From the NCBI GenBank assembly GCA_944349765.1, contig CALVNN010000002.1, positions 6,039 through 70,038 on the forward strand: a DNA stretch of 64,000 nucleotides, given 5' to 3'. The notes under the pieces were generated by a model. It had not been told where the DNA came from. It saw nothing but the letters and a program-made list of their open reading frames with translations, and ran no database searches. Below, one piece after another: positions 19,521-29,460 of the stretch; within the stretch, counting starts at the first letter, position 1; every line of letters starts with the position of its first letter. The position numbers and the translations under genes are program-made. This DNA comes from an uncultured Clostridia bacterium. Its GTDB lineage: Bacteria; Bacillota; Clostridia; Christensenellales; UBA1242.

Positions 19521-20519
19521 TTAATTTTGTTCTACAACGACCTCATCTGTTTGTGTTTCACTATTTCTTTTACGTTTATATGATTTCTTTTTACTATCGT
19601 ATTTATCTGCAAGGTTTGCATACATAGGTGATACCACAAATAATAGAGTTAACAATCCTAATGAAATACCTATTATAATAGGATAAATGAAGCTATCAAC
19701 TCCTTGTAATCCAACGCAAGCCAATACAATAACCGTTAATAATGTAGTAACTGTCATAGTGACTGTACGTGTCAAACTTTGATGCAAGGACATATTGACT
19801 AACTTGGCATAAGATTCGTTAGGATACTTAGCTTGATTTTCACGAATTCTATCAAATACGACAATATTATTATTGATAGAATAGCCTATAATTGTAATCA
19901 ACGCAGCTATATACACGCTATCTATTTCTATATTGAAAATGATAGTGAAAGCAAACACCAAAGCTACGTCAAGTATCATTCCTACGACCGAACAAATACC
20001 ATTGAGGCCTCTAAATCTAATGCCAACATAAATAACAATTAATATCGTTGATATAAATATTGCTAATAGAGCATTAAGCAAAAGTGAAGAGCTCGCAGTT
20101 GCTGTAATCCTATCTCCAGTGCTAACTGTAACACCATCACCGAGCTCCGCCCTCAAATCAGTGACGAAGTCTGAAGATATTTGAGTCATTTCCTCAACAG
20201 TCTTACCACTGACATCTTGATATCTTATCTGGATAGTAGCATCTACACCCGTCCCCTCTATATGAGAGGTAGCAATACTCAAACCATAAGCAGACATTGT
20301 CTCTTCAATTTGATCAATATAACTATCGTAGGCACCATCCTCCTCTAAGGCCTCACCTACTTTTACATTAACTATAGTACCACCAGTAAAGTCAATACTT
20401 AGATTTAGCCCATTAACGATCCAGACAATTGCCCCCGCAACTAGTATTATTCCGCATATTATCAGTGCTAAAAAATGATATTTTACAAAATTAAACTTTT
20501 TCATCTTAGTTGAGTTCAT
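19521..20519 (-). CDS. secF: Protein translocase subunit SecF
   Basis: 332 aa with the IDFTGGT motif and six-TM topology. GGGAGGAA RBS lies upstream of 20519. Overlaps the secD end by 14 nt. Confidence 0.9.
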   Translation of the reverse strand: MNSTKMKKFNFVKYHFLALIICGIILVAGAIVWIVNGLNLSIDFTGGTIVNVKVGEALEEDGAYDSYIDQIEETMSAYGLSIATSHIEGTGVDATIQIRYQDVSGKTVEEMTQISSDFVTDLRAELGDGVTVSTGDRITATASSSLLLNALLAIFISTILIVIYVGIRFRGLNGICSVVGMILDVALVFAFTIIFNIEIDSVYIAALITIIGYSINNNIVVFDRIRENQAKYPNESYAKLVNMSLHQSLTRTVTMTVTTLLTVIVLACVGLQGVDSFIYPIIIGISLGLLTLLFVVSPMYANLADKYDSKKKSYKRKRNSETQTDEVVVEQN

Positions 20520-21780
20520 TAACAGTTTCCTCCCTCTTTAGAGCTAATTTTTTAGGATTTGTACTATTAAGTGGAAGGTAATGATTTAGCAAGCTCTTTG
20601 TAACTAATAATGACGTAAATAACGACACTGCAATACCTAATAGTAATACAACTGCAAAACCTTTAATAGGACCTGTACCTAACAATGCAAGTACTACTGC
20701 AGCAATAATAGTGGTCACTTGTCCATCCACAATAGCTGAGATAGACTTCTTAAATCCTACATTGAAAGCAGCAGGTATTTTCTTGCCTGAAGCATATTCT
20801 TCTTTTATACGTTGGAAAATAATAATATTTCCATCCACTGCCATACCTATACTCAAAATTATTCCGGCAATACCTGGTAAAGTCAATTGTACGAAAGGTA
20901 CTGCTTGCAACAAGAATAGTAAGATAAAGGTATAAATAATTAGTGCAAGATTAGCTATCAAACCTAAATGTCTATAAAGCACAATCATTATAACAAATAT
21001 AATAAATAGCGCTATTGCACCTGCAATCAAACTCAAGGTACCCGCATTTTCACCTAGTGTTGCTGGAACGTGAGTTATTGAATCTACAATTAATTGAACT
21101 GGATAAGTACCGCTCAAAATCTGCAATGCAAAAGCTGTAGCTTCCGATTGATTTTGGAAAGATCCAGATATAAAAGTACTACCACCAGTAATAGGCTCTT
21201 CTACAGTAGGACTACTAATCAAATTATTACCTAAATAGATAAATAATTGATCATAATCAGTAGTCAACTCTTCAAAAATAATAGCACCCTCATCATCAAA
21301 CTCTATAGAAACACCATGTTGATTATCTTGATAAGCGTATTCAGCGTTCTCTATGTTTCTACCTGTCAACTTAGCCTCAGCTTCAAGACTCTCCTCAGTT
21401 TTGATTTCTAGTATGTCTGGCGTCTCAATAAGAGTAAGAAGTGACTCAGGGTCATCAACATCTGGTACTTCTACACGAATTTGAGATGATCCTTGTCTAC
21501 TTATTTCAGATTCTGTATAACCTTTACTAGTTAGAAGATCTGTAAGACGTGACACCGTAGCATCTATTTGTTCGGTCAGATCACCCTCTTCAAGCTGGTT
21601 TGTATTATATACAGCCGATACACCGCCCTTCAAATCAAGACCTAACTTAATGGAATTTATAAAGCCATTATAGGTATAATTGGTGAAAGGTATATCAAAC
21701 TGACAAAAACTTACTACAGCACCTACAATACAAATAAGCACTGTAAAAACATATCGTTTTATTGATTTCTTTTTACTCAT
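20506..21780 (-). CDS. secD: Protein translocase subunit SecD
   Basis: 424 aa with LGLDLKGG, a periplasmic-type loop and a C-terminal six-TM bundle. Confidence 0.9.
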   Translation of the reverse strand: MSKKKSIKRYVFTVLICIVGAVVSFCQFDIPFTNYTYNGFINSIKLGLDLKGGVSAVYNTNQLEEGDLTEQIDATVSRLTDLLTSKGYTESEISRQGSSQIRVEVPDVDDPESLLTLIETPDILEIKTEESLEAEAKLTGRNIENAEYAYQDNQHGVSIEFDDEGAIIFEELTTDYDQLFIYLGNNLISSPTVEEPITGGSTFISGSFQNQSEATAFALQILSGTYPVQLIVDSITHVPATLGENAGTLSLIAGAIALFIIFVIMIVLYRHLGLIANLALIIYTFILLFLLQAVPFVQLTLPGIAGIILSIGMAVDGNIIIFQRIKEEYASGKKIPAAFNVGFKKSISAIVDGQVTTIIAAVVLALLGTGPIKGFAVVLLLGIAVSLFTSLLVTKSLLNHYLPLNSTNPKKLALKREETVNELN

Positions 21781-21813
21781 ATCATCCTTAGCCTTTTATA
21801 AATAGTCTTTGTT

Positions 21814-21842
21814 AGTATACAATTTTAATAAGCATTAGTCAA
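21814..21842 (-). promoter_or_regulatory. Sigma-A type promoter for secDF-recJ-hemZ: TTGACT-N17-TATACT
   Basis: TTGACT (21842-21837), a 17-nt spacer, then TATACT (21819-21814). Confidence 0.55.
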
Positions 21843-21879
21843 CAACATTCTTACTAAAAATTGTAAGTTTTTAAAAAAT

Positions 21880-23253
21880 TTAACCTAAAAACTGCAAATA
21901 GTATGTCTTTAAAAGACAATTTTCACTTGTATAAACATTCAATATATAATTACCAACTTTTTCGGTATTAATAACAACAAAATCAGAAGAACAATCTAAT
22001 TTTTCATTGTTAAGTGTAAAGTAAAAGAAATCTGCATCCGTTATAATGGTAAAATAATTTACTCCACTAGCTAGTGTGTAATGCTCTTCGATAATGATGC
22101 CTTTTCTATCTACTAAATTAAATGTTGGTACAGTTATATCTTGTTCCGTTACAATAATGGTTACATATTCCACGTAATTATTGACAGACAATTTCACTGT
22201 ATACTCGCCTGCTTTATCTGCCTTAAAGACATTCCCATTGATACTAGCATTTTTATCTTCACACTCAATATCTACTTGGAATATGTAGGCACTGGGTTCG
22301 ACAATATAGTTAAATGTATATGATTCATTTATGCCTATTTCAATCTTCTCTTCTACAATAATATCAGTAACTGGAGGCTCAATAACGTTAACTTTGATTA
22401 CATCCACACTAACACCATTATACAAAATATTCACATCAAAATATCCTAGCTTATCAGCTGTAACGCTCATTCCGTTGTTACTTAAATCTGCGTTTAATGA
22501 AAATAAATCTTCTAAAAGCCCTGTAGTCTTTATTTGTACGCTGAGAGAATTGTACCAAGAATACGACTCATTCTCTACTAGGTAAAGCGTGTACGTATCA
22601 GTAGCTTTATCTCCAATTATTACGTCATAATCTAATAAAGTAAAGTCTAAATTCAGTGCAACATTATAAAATTCTTTACCAGCATAGCATAAATAAATTT
22701 CAGTATTATCAGATATTGTAGCATCAAAACTATTTGCCTGTATGTTGGATAAAGTCAACTTAGTCTCATCATACTTTACGCTAAACAAATCAAAATTAAA
22801 CATTAAAGTATCTTCAATTGAAAATGTAAACTTATTTACATCTTTACGGGTCATAGTATAATTAAAAGTTGTAACAGCATTCTCAACTACTACATTTATA
22901 TCTTGTACAATATAATCAGTATTGCTTGAAAAATATTTAACTTTGATAATCGACTCACCTGTTTTCACTGCTACTATAGTTAAATCAGAAATAGTACAAC
23001 AATCATTCGTAGACATCATACCTACGCTGTATGTATATTCGTTTGGAATGTTTGACAAATCCAAAGTATAACTTTCACCAATATTCAAAGTTACGTTTAT
23101 GTTAGATAATTCATATACTTCCTCGAAGTTCGTATCAGTCAAACTATCTTCCGCATTGACACTCTCATCCTTTTTAAATGTTACACAAAGTGTGATAATT
23201 ATAGCAATTATGAAAACAGCTGTCGTCGTTAATGCTATAAACCATTTGCTCAT
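21880..23253 (-). CDS. Membrane-anchored protein with repeated Ig-like (Big_2-like) beta domains, function unknown
   Basis: N-terminal TM segment (WFIALTTTAVFIIAIIITLCVTF). Several beta-rich modules of about 90 aa follow, with Big_2-like strands (TIVAVKTGESIIKVKY; FKADKAGEYTVKLSV). Confidence 0.55.
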   Translation of the reverse strand: MSKWFIALTTTAVFIIAIIITLCVTFKKDESVNAEDSLTDTNFEEVYELSNINVTLNIGESYTLDLSNIPNEYTYSVGMMSTNDCCTISDLTIVAVKTGESIIKVKYFSSNTDYIVQDINVVVENAVTTFNYTMTRKDVNKFTFSIEDTLMFNFDLFSVKYDETKLTLSNIQANSFDATISDNTEIYLCYAGKEFYNVALNLDFTLLDYDVIIGDKATDTYTLYLVENESYSWYNSLSVQIKTTGLLEDLFSLNADLSNNGMSVTADKLGYFDVNILYNGVSVDVIKVNVIEPPVTDIIVEEKIEIGINESYTFNYIVEPSAYIFQVDIECEDKNASINGNVFKADKAGEYTVKLSVNNYVEYVTIIVTEQDITVPTFNLVDRKGIIIEEHYTLASGVNYFTIITDADFFYFTLNNEKLDCSSDFVVINTEKVGNYILNVYTSENCLLKTYYLQFLG

Positions 23254-23270
23254 CTTTTGTAAAAAATCCC

Positions 23271-24311
23271 TTAAAATTCATCTTCCTCATCGAATGCTCT
23301 AAGTGATAATGACAGCTTAAAGTTTTCTTTATCTATATCTATAATAGTTAATTCTAGTTCATCACCGACTTTACATACCTCTTGAATATCTTTTATGTTA
23401 TAACCCGCTTCAGAGTTATGCAAAAGTCCGTCTACATGCTCACATATATTAATAAAAGCACCGTAATTTGTAGTTTTTATTACTTTTCCCTTAACTTTTT
23501 GGCCAATAGTAAATTGATTAAATATTGCTATTCTAGGGTCTTCAATCAATTGCTTATAACCTAAAGATACCTTATTTTCTTCCCTATTACAAGCTAAGAC
23601 AATAAATGTATAAGTCTCGTTTAATTTCAAAACATCACTTGCTTTTTCCTTAAAATAACCAACATCGCTATTATGAAGTAAACAACTCTTTCCGTTCACA
23701 TCTACAAAAGCTCCGAAATCTACAAATTTGGTTACCTTACCTTCGACTATTTTGTTAACAGCTATACCATTCCAAAAAGAATCCTCTTTTTCTTCACGAA
23801 GCTTATTATTTAGCGAACGAATAGACGCTACAATCTTCTTTTTGGTTGCATTTATTTCAAGAACTAAAGCCTTACAATCAGTACCCACATAATGCTTCAA
23901 ATCATTTTTATATTTAAATTCCACCTGGGATTGTGGTATAAATACGCTAAATTCACCTAAGCGAGCCACCAATCCACCAGCTACGGCATTTTTAACATTT
24001 ACAGTTATTTCATCTCCGACTTTTAAGCCTTTTAAAATTTTATCCGCTTCTTCTATCTCTTTTGCTTTAGCAATAGAAAGTTTGATATAACCATTTTCAT
24101 CTTTTTTATCCAAAACAATAGCCTTAATAGTCTGTCCTACTTCTGGCTTTGAATCTTGAAGTTCGTCATTATAAACTATTGCGTCGCCCTTTCCTCCTAT
24201 ATTTATCAAAGCACCGTCTTTAGTGTACATAACCACAGTTCCCTCCACCATTTTGCCAACATTAAAACGGGCTAACGTACTTTCGACCATTTCTAAAGTC
24301 ATTTTTTCCAT
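23271..24311 (-). CDS. rpsA: S1 RNA-binding domain protein (four S1 repeats; ribosomal protein S1 homologue, not fused to IspH)
   Basis: 346 aa with four repeats of the S1 pattern (G..V.G.V......GA.I.I / GLLH.SE). Confidence 0.8.
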   Translation of the reverse strand: MEKMTLEMVESTLARFNVGKMVEGTVVMYTKDGALINIGGKGDAIVYNDELQDSKPEVGQTIKAIVLDKKDENGYIKLSIAKAKEIEEADKILKGLKVGDEITVNVKNAVAGGLVARLGEFSVFIPQSQVEFKYKNDLKHYVGTDCKALVLEINATKKKIVASIRSLNNKLREEKEDSFWNGIAVNKIVEGKVTKFVDFGAFVDVNGKSCLLHNSDVGYFKEKASDVLKLNETYTFIVLACNREENKVSLGYKQLIEDPRIAIFNQFTIGQKVKGKVIKTTNYGAFINICEHVDGLLHNSEAGYNIKDIQEVCKVGDELELTIIDIDKENFKLSLSLRAFDEEDEF

Positions 24312-24379
24312 AAAAATTAAATACTCCTACCTTTAAAATCGACAATCCGACTTAGTCAATAAGTTCGGATAATGAAATT

Positions 24380-24408
24380 ATTATAACAAAACAAAAAAAT
24401 ATTGACAA
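24380..24408 (-). promoter_or_regulatory. Promoter for the S1 gene: TTGTCA-N17-TATAAT with TGT extended -10
   Basis: TTGTCA (24408-24403), a 17-nt spacer ending in TGT, then TATAAT (24385-24380). A 10-bp bulged hairpin (24343-24368) lies in the resulting 5' UTR. Confidence 0.5.
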
Positions 24409-24425
24409 TTAAAATCTTACAAAAT

Positions 24426-25067
24426 TTAAGATTTTTTGTCAATTTTTTTATTTTTTTTTATTTTTTGTGAATTTATAGTAGCCTGTTGTTTAAGCTCTAG
24501 CGTTTTATTGTATAGTATACTTGTAGCCTCATCCAAGACATCTTTTTCTAAAGCTTTGTCATAAAAGTCGCTTAATTCAAAAGGTTCGCCTATAATAAGT
24601 TGATTACGTCGAAAAAATTTGGGTTTTCTTACTAAAAGCATCGGTATTATAGGACTCCTAGTTTTTATAGCGAATAAAGCCACACCGTTTTTGAAAGGCA
24701 AAAGCTTTCCATCTTCACTCCTATTTCTCGTCCCTTCAGGGAAAATTCCTAATACGCCATCATCTTTTAATACTTTATAAACTGCCTTAAAAGAACTAAT
24801 ATCAGGTTTATCTCTATCAACTGTAATAACGCCCATTCTTTTCATAAACCACGCCACAAGTTTATTTTGCATTATTTCTTTTTTGGCTACAAAGTTAATT
24901 ATCCTTTTAATATATATACCTACAGTCAAAATATCATTAAAACTTTGATGATTACAAGTAATAATAAATTTCCCTTTCTTAGGTACTTGATTACCAATGA
25001 CTTTGGTTGGCATAAATATTTTTACAGGCAAATACAATAAAAACACAACAAATTTATATAAAAACAT
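24426..25067 (-). CDS. plsC: 1-acyl-sn-glycerol-3-phosphate acyltransferase
   Basis: HX4D motif NHQSFNDI and the FPEGTR motif. The ATG overlaps the cmk stop (TAATG). Confidence 0.85.
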   Translation of the reverse strand: MFLYKFVVFLLYLPVKIFMPTKVIGNQVPKKGKFIITCNHQSFNDILTVGIYIKRIINFVAKKEIMQNKLVAWFMKRMGVITVDRDKPDISSFKAVYKVLKDDGVLGIFPEGTRNRSEDGKLLPFKNGVALFAIKTRSPIIPMLLVRKPKFFRRNQLIIGEPFELSDFYDKALEKDVLDEATSILYNKTLELKQQATINSQKIKKNKKIDKKS

Positions 25068-25726
25068 TATTCTATTTTCTCCAAAATATATTCAACTACT
25101 TCATCTAAGTTCATATCCGAGCTGTCGACCATTATGGCATCGTCGGCTTTTTTTAACGGACTTAATTTTCTAGTCATATCCCTTTCGTCACGACTTTTAA
25201 TATCTGCTAAAACACTATCAAAAGTGATACTATTATCCCCACTTTCTTGCAGTTGTATAAATCTTCTATGAGCCCTAACTTCTGGACTTGCTGTCAAAAA
25301 AAATTTATACGTCGCATTCGGTAATATTTCCGTACCTATATCACGTCCCTCCATTACTATATCGTACGAATTAGCCATTTTACGTTGCAACTCTCTTACG
25401 CTCTGTCTTACATTGAGATACTGTGAGACATAAGCAGATATATTGCTAATAGTTTCATTATGCAAATATTGTCCCACAGCTTCGCCATCAAGAAGCGTTA
25501 TTTGTTCACCCTCAGCATCAAAACGTACACTAATATTGGTATTCTTTAATAGATCATTTACTTCATTTTCTTTTGTGTAATCCACTTTTGTAATAAAAGC
25601 TTTATACGCTACAGCCCTATAAAGCTCCCCAGTATTTAGATGTACAAATCCTAGCTTTTTTGCTAAAATCTTTGCAACAGTTGACTTTCCTGAACCGCTA
25701 GTACCATCAATAGCTACGCTTATCAT
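25067..25726 (-). CDS. cmk: Cytidylate kinase
   Basis: P-loop GTSGSGKST. I prefer the ATG at 25726 (MISVAIDG...) with a GGAGGT RBS over the ORF-track start at 25771. Confidence 0.9.
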   Translation of the reverse strand: MISVAIDGTSGSGKSTVAKILAKKLGFVHLNTGELYRAVAYKAFITKVDYTKENEVNDLLKNTNISVRFDAEGEQITLLDGEAVGQYLHNETISNISAYVSQYLNVRQSVRELQRKMANSYDIVMEGRDIGTEILPNATYKFFLTASPEVRAHRRFIQLQESGDNSITFDSVLADIKSRDERDMTRKLSPLKKADDAIMVDSSDMNLDEVVEYILEKIE

Positions 25727-25831
25727 ATTACCTCCATACACATCAATAATATATATTAGTATATAAATCAAAAATTGTCTATTGTTTTTACCAAAAATAT
25801 ATCAACTAATGCAAAAGGATTTTTATAAAGT

Positions 25832-25859
25832 AAAAAGCTCACCTTCTTCGTGAGTTTTT
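25832..25859 (-). terminator. Candidate intrinsic terminator after rluB
   Basis: Minus strand reads AAAAACTCAC-GAAGAAG-GTGAGCTTTTT followed by ACTTT. The GC core is only 5 bp. Confidence 0.4.
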
Positions 25860-25884
25860 ATACATATCATACACACAAAATCAA

Positions 25885-26604
25885 CTACCCTAATTGACAT
25901 AAAGCAACCAAATAAGATACTTCTCGCTCTTTTAACTCTCTGTACTCGCCACGATTTAAGCCACCAACCCTCAAATCACCTATAGCAACACGTTTTAAAA
26001 GCACAATTTCTTTGCCTATATATTCCATCATCTTCCTTATTTGCCTATTTTTACCTTCGTGTATTTTAATTTCAAGACGTGTTCTATCTTCTTTTACTTG
26101 CAAAACTTTAATCTTGCATTTTTTGAGCCTTATACCGTCTATCACTACGCCTGCCCTAAGTACAGCTAATTCGCTTTCACTTATTGTCCCTTTGATTACA
26201 CAAATATAAGTTTTCTCAATCTCCGATAAAGGCGACATCAATCTTTGAGCCATATCTCCATCATTTGTCAATATCAAAAGTCCCTCAGTATTATAATCTA
26301 ATCTTCCGACTGGAAATACTCTACCTTTTATGTCCTTAACCAAGTCCATAACCGTTTTACGACCTTTATCATCACTTACAGTAGTTACGTAGCCTTTTGG
26401 CTTGTTTAAGATATAGTATTTATAATTTTCGTCAAACTCAACTTTTTTACCGTCAACCAATACCACATCATTTTGATGATCTATATCTGTAGCCAAATCA
26501 TTAACTATTTTATTATTCACCATCACTCTATTGTCTTTTATAATTTGTTCTACAGAACGCCTAGATCCAAAGCCAGCTAGGGCTAAATACTTATTAATTC
26601 TCAT
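25885..26604 (-). CDS. rluB: Pseudouridine synthase, RsuA/RluB family (S4 domain plus catalytic domain)
   Basis: N-terminal S4 domain (MRINKYLALAGFGSRR) and catalytic GRLDYNTEGLL. Confidence 0.85.
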   Translation of the reverse strand: MRINKYLALAGFGSRRSVEQIIKDNRVMVNNKIVNDLATDIDHQNDVVLVDGKKVEFDENYKYYILNKPKGYVTTVSDDKGRKTVMDLVKDIKGRVFPVGRLDYNTEGLLILTNDGDMAQRLMSPLSEIEKTYICVIKGTISESELAVLRAGVVIDGIRLKKCKIKVLQVKEDRTRLEIKIHEGKNRQIRKMMEYIGKEIVLLKRVAIGDLRVGGLNRGEYRELKEREVSYLVALCQLG

Positions 26605-26623
26605 TTGTATACCTCATTTATTT

Positions 26624-27754
26624 TTACATCCATTTATCCAAAATGTCATCTAACGCACCTTGGACATTCAATTCCTCTACTCTATCTATAGTACATATTT
26701 CTGATGTAAAAATCAAGTCATCTCCCACAAAAACTTTTACATTTCCAACAATTTGTCCTTTTTCTATTGGTGCCTTCAAAACTTTTGGATATTCGTATTC
26801 TATCCTTACGCTATTTTTTTCAGTCTCTGTTAATGGATAAGCAAAACCATTTTTAATATAAACTCTTGTAAAATTCTTAGTACCATCTGTTACAGGTAAT
26901 GAAGTTAAATACTTGTTATTTTCAAGTAAAACTTCCATAGAATAATTTTCATTAGCTATATTAAGTAATCTAGTTGCTTCTTCGAACATAGGTGGCGAAT
27001 TTAAAAGCACGCAAACCATCTTTGTACCATCTTCTTTTTCGGTCGCAGCTACAAAACATCTACCAGCGTTATCAGTAAACCCAGTCTTTACTCCTATACA
27101 ATTATCCATTGTCAAAAGCAATCTATTTTTGTTTCTTAGATACCTAGTATCATATTGTTCAGTAGCGTCTATTACCTTGTTTTTAGTCATAGATATGTCT
27201 AAAAATACAGGATTTTCAAGAGCATACGCTGTAATTAATGCCAAATCATAAGCTGTCGTATAATGTCCCTCAGCATCCAAGCCATGTGCATTTGCAAAAT
27301 TTGTATTTACAGCTCCACATTTTTCAGCAGTTTCTTTCATCAATTTGCAAAAGCTCTGCTCATCACCAGCAGTCAGTATTGCCAAAGCGGTAGCAGCATC
27401 ATTACCAGATGGCAACATAAGCCCATAAAGCAATTCTCTAACGGTTAACTGCTCATTGTGTTTTAAATACATAGAAGTACCTTCTATACCAACGGCTTCG
27501 TCTGGCACAACTACTTTTTCATCTAGATCCTTAGTGTAGTTATCTAATACTGTTATAGCTGTTACTATCTTTGTCGTGCTTGCCATAGCTAGCTTCATAT
27601 CTTTATTTTTTTCCATAATTACTCTTCCTGAATTAGCCTCTATGACGCACATCCCTTTTGTATTAGCCTCTGTAGCAAACGCTACATCTTGTGTAGTATT
27701 GATAAATAATACACATAAAATAGCTATTAAAGCCAATATAAGCTTACTTCTCAT
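26624..27754 (-). CDS. dacB: D-alanyl-D-alanine carboxypeptidase (peptidase S11)
   Basis: Signal peptide plus SxxK (ASTTK), SGN and KTG motifs. Its position after scpAB matches the B. subtilis scpA-scpB-ypuI-dacB order. Confidence 0.8.
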   Translation of the reverse strand: MRSKLILALIAILCVLFINTTQDVAFATEANTKGMCVIEANSGRVIMEKNKDMKLAMASTTKIVTAITVLDNYTKDLDEKVVVPDEAVGIEGTSMYLKHNEQLTVRELLYGLMLPSGNDAATALAILTAGDEQSFCKLMKETAEKCGAVNTNFANAHGLDAEGHYTTAYDLALITAYALENPVFLDISMTKNKVIDATEQYDTRYLRNKNRLLLTMDNCIGVKTGFTDNAGRCFVAATEKEDGTKMVCVLLNSPPMFEEATRLLNIANENYSMEVLLENNKYLTSLPVTDGTKNFTRVYIKNGFAYPLTETEKNSVRIEYEYPKVLKAPIEKGQIVGNVKVFVGDDLIFTSEICTIDRVEELNVQGALDDILDKWM

Positions 27755-28133
27755 TCTTCTCCATCTCCTTTTTAAGAAGCCTTAAGACATCACTTGTTAC
27801 ATTGACCAATTTTGATATGCTTTCTGTCGTATTTGTTTGCACATATCTTATGACATCGTTTTCTTCTATTAAAAACCCTATAGGTTGTACACTAAGTCCC
27901 GCACCAGACCCAGTCGCAAAAGGCGCACGAGATTGTTTTGGCTTGGTCTCAGTATACTCCCCACCACCGCCAACATAGCCTAACATAATTTTTGAAATAG
28001 GAATGATAGTAGCTCCACTTGGTGTCTTAATTACGTCACCAACTACCGTACCTATATCAACAATGCTTTTTAAATTTTGTAATGCTTCGCATAAAATATT
28101 CTCAATTGGATGCTTGTACTCGTTTTCTTTCAT
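27744..28133 (-). CDS. ytfJ: Sporulation protein YtfJ (GerW family)
   Basis: 129 aa with the central GYVGGGGEY glycine motif and GSGAGLSVQPIGFL. Confidence 0.75.
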   Translation of the reverse strand: MKENEYKHPIENILCEALQNLKSIVDIGTVVGDVIKTPSGATIIPISKIMLGYVGGGGEYTETKPKQSRAPFATGSGAGLSVQPIGFLIEENDVIRYVQTNTTESISKLVNVTSDVLRLLKKEMEKNEK

Positions 28134-28686
28134 TTTTTTGCTCCTTCTTTTTATTTAGTATTATTTTAGCTCTTATTAGTGATATTAAAATATTTGTTAT
28201 TGATATTGAAAATGATGTCCTTAAAGTTACAACCCCATTTGACTGGTCAAATTGAGGATATACTCGGTAAGCAAAATCCGAAGTCGGTTTATGAGTCTTG
28301 ACATACGCTTTAAGTACAGCTAACAGAGTATTAGCTACACCACCAAGCATCGCTACACCACTAGCATTTTTATCAGAACCTATAGTTAAAAATACTTTAA
28401 AATACTTTAAATACAAACGCCTAAAAAGTTGTTTTTGTAATTCGTTGACAAAATCCACATTTTCCATATTAATCTCTATGTCAATTTGTTTTGTTTCTTT
28501 TCTATTTTTAAGTAAAATTTGACCATTTTTGAATTTAAACCTATAAAACTTCAAATTGAATATCCATAATTTTAATTCAAAAAAACCTCTATTTCTTAGG
28601 ACATCGTACTTAAAATGAATTTTTAGCTGAATCGGGACTATTAAAATAATTATTATCACTAGCAAAATTATAAATAAAACCTTCAT
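28102..28686 (-). CDS. DUF2953/YtfI-like membrane protein
   Basis: 194 aa with an N-terminal TM segment and a basic, repetitive beta-rich body. Sits immediately upstream of ytfJ, as in B. subtilis ytfI-ytfJ. Confidence 0.5.
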   Translation of the reverse strand: MKVLFIILLVIIIILIVPIQLKIHFKYDVLRNRGFFELKLWIFNLKFYRFKFKNGQILLKNRKETKQIDIEINMENVDFVNELQKQLFRRLYLKYFKVFLTIGSDKNASGVAMLGGVANTLLAVLKAYVKTHKPTSDFAYRVYPQFDQSNGVVTLRTSFSISITNILISLIRAKIILNKKKEQKNERKRVQASN

Positions 28687-28710
28687 ACTCCTAGTATGTG
28701 TAATGAAAGT

Positions 28711-28741
28711 AAAAAAATACCAATAAATTACATTGGTATTT
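28711..28741 (-). terminator. Intrinsic terminator after scpB
   Basis: Minus strand reads AATACCAAT-GTAATTT-ATTGGTATT followed by T6. Confidence 0.55.
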
Positions 28742-28752
28742 TAATTTTTAAG

Positions 28753-29451
28753 TTATTCAATTTTATCTTGTGCATCATCGCTACTTTCGTTATCAGATTC
28801 GTATGAAATTAAACCTTCCTCTCCCTCTAAAAACTCTGGCAACGGCTCTTCTTCTATAGCTTCATCTTCATCATCATCTATTGAGAACTCTCTGTACAAT
28901 CCATCGCTCGGTGTATGTATGACTTGGATACGCTCTAATATGTCCTCATACTTAGGTAGTTGATCCAAACTCTCTAGTTCAAATCTTTTTAAAAACTCAT
29001 CAGTCGTACCAAATAACAACGGCTTACCTACAGCATCCTTTCGGCCAACAACTTCTATAAGATTATGCTTTAATAAAAGTTGAATCGCGTAATCGCAATT
29101 TGTCCCCCTAATATTCTCTATTTCCAACTTTGTAATAGGCTGTTTGTAAGCAATAATAGCTACGGTTTCCAAGGCTGTTTTAGTAAGCTGTTTTTCTTTA
29201 ATAGGGTTTAAAACTTCCACAATATAATCGGAATATTTTGGATTAGAAGTCAACTGCACTTTACCTCTGTATGATATGATATGCAAAGGATTATCACCAG
29301 TATATTTTTCTTTTAGATTAGTAATAGCTTTTTCTACAGTTTCTTTTTTTATATTCAATTTTTCAGCTACATAGTCTATAGGTAATCCGTCACCAGACAC
29401 AAATAATAAACTAATCAATACATCTTCTAAATTTTTCTTTAAATCACTCAT
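28753..29451 (-). CDS. scpB: Segregation and condensation protein B
   Basis: 232 aa with two winged-helix repeats (LEALLFVSG-like LISLLFVSGDGL), an acidic tail, and scpA upstream. Confidence 0.9.
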   Translation of the reverse strand: MSDLKKNLEDVLISLLFVSGDGLPIDYVAEKLNIKKETVEKAITNLKEKYTGDNPLHIISYRGKVQLTSNPKYSDYIVEVLNPIKEKQLTKTALETVAIIAYKQPITKLEIENIRGTNCDYAIQLLLKHNLIEVVGRKDAVGKPLLFGTTDEFLKRFELESLDQLPKYEDILERIQVIHTPSDGLYREFSIDDDEDEAIEEEPLPEFLEGEEGLISYESDNESSDDAQDKIE

Positions 29452-29460
29452 ACAAACTCC

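Noticed and set aside
28687-28752. GTATT-N17-CATACTA forespore-type promoter overlapping the scpB terminator, upstream of the ytfI-like gene
   Set aside because: The -10-like box ends only about 8 nt before the ATG, so the transcript would lack the GGAG RBS. Too speculative.
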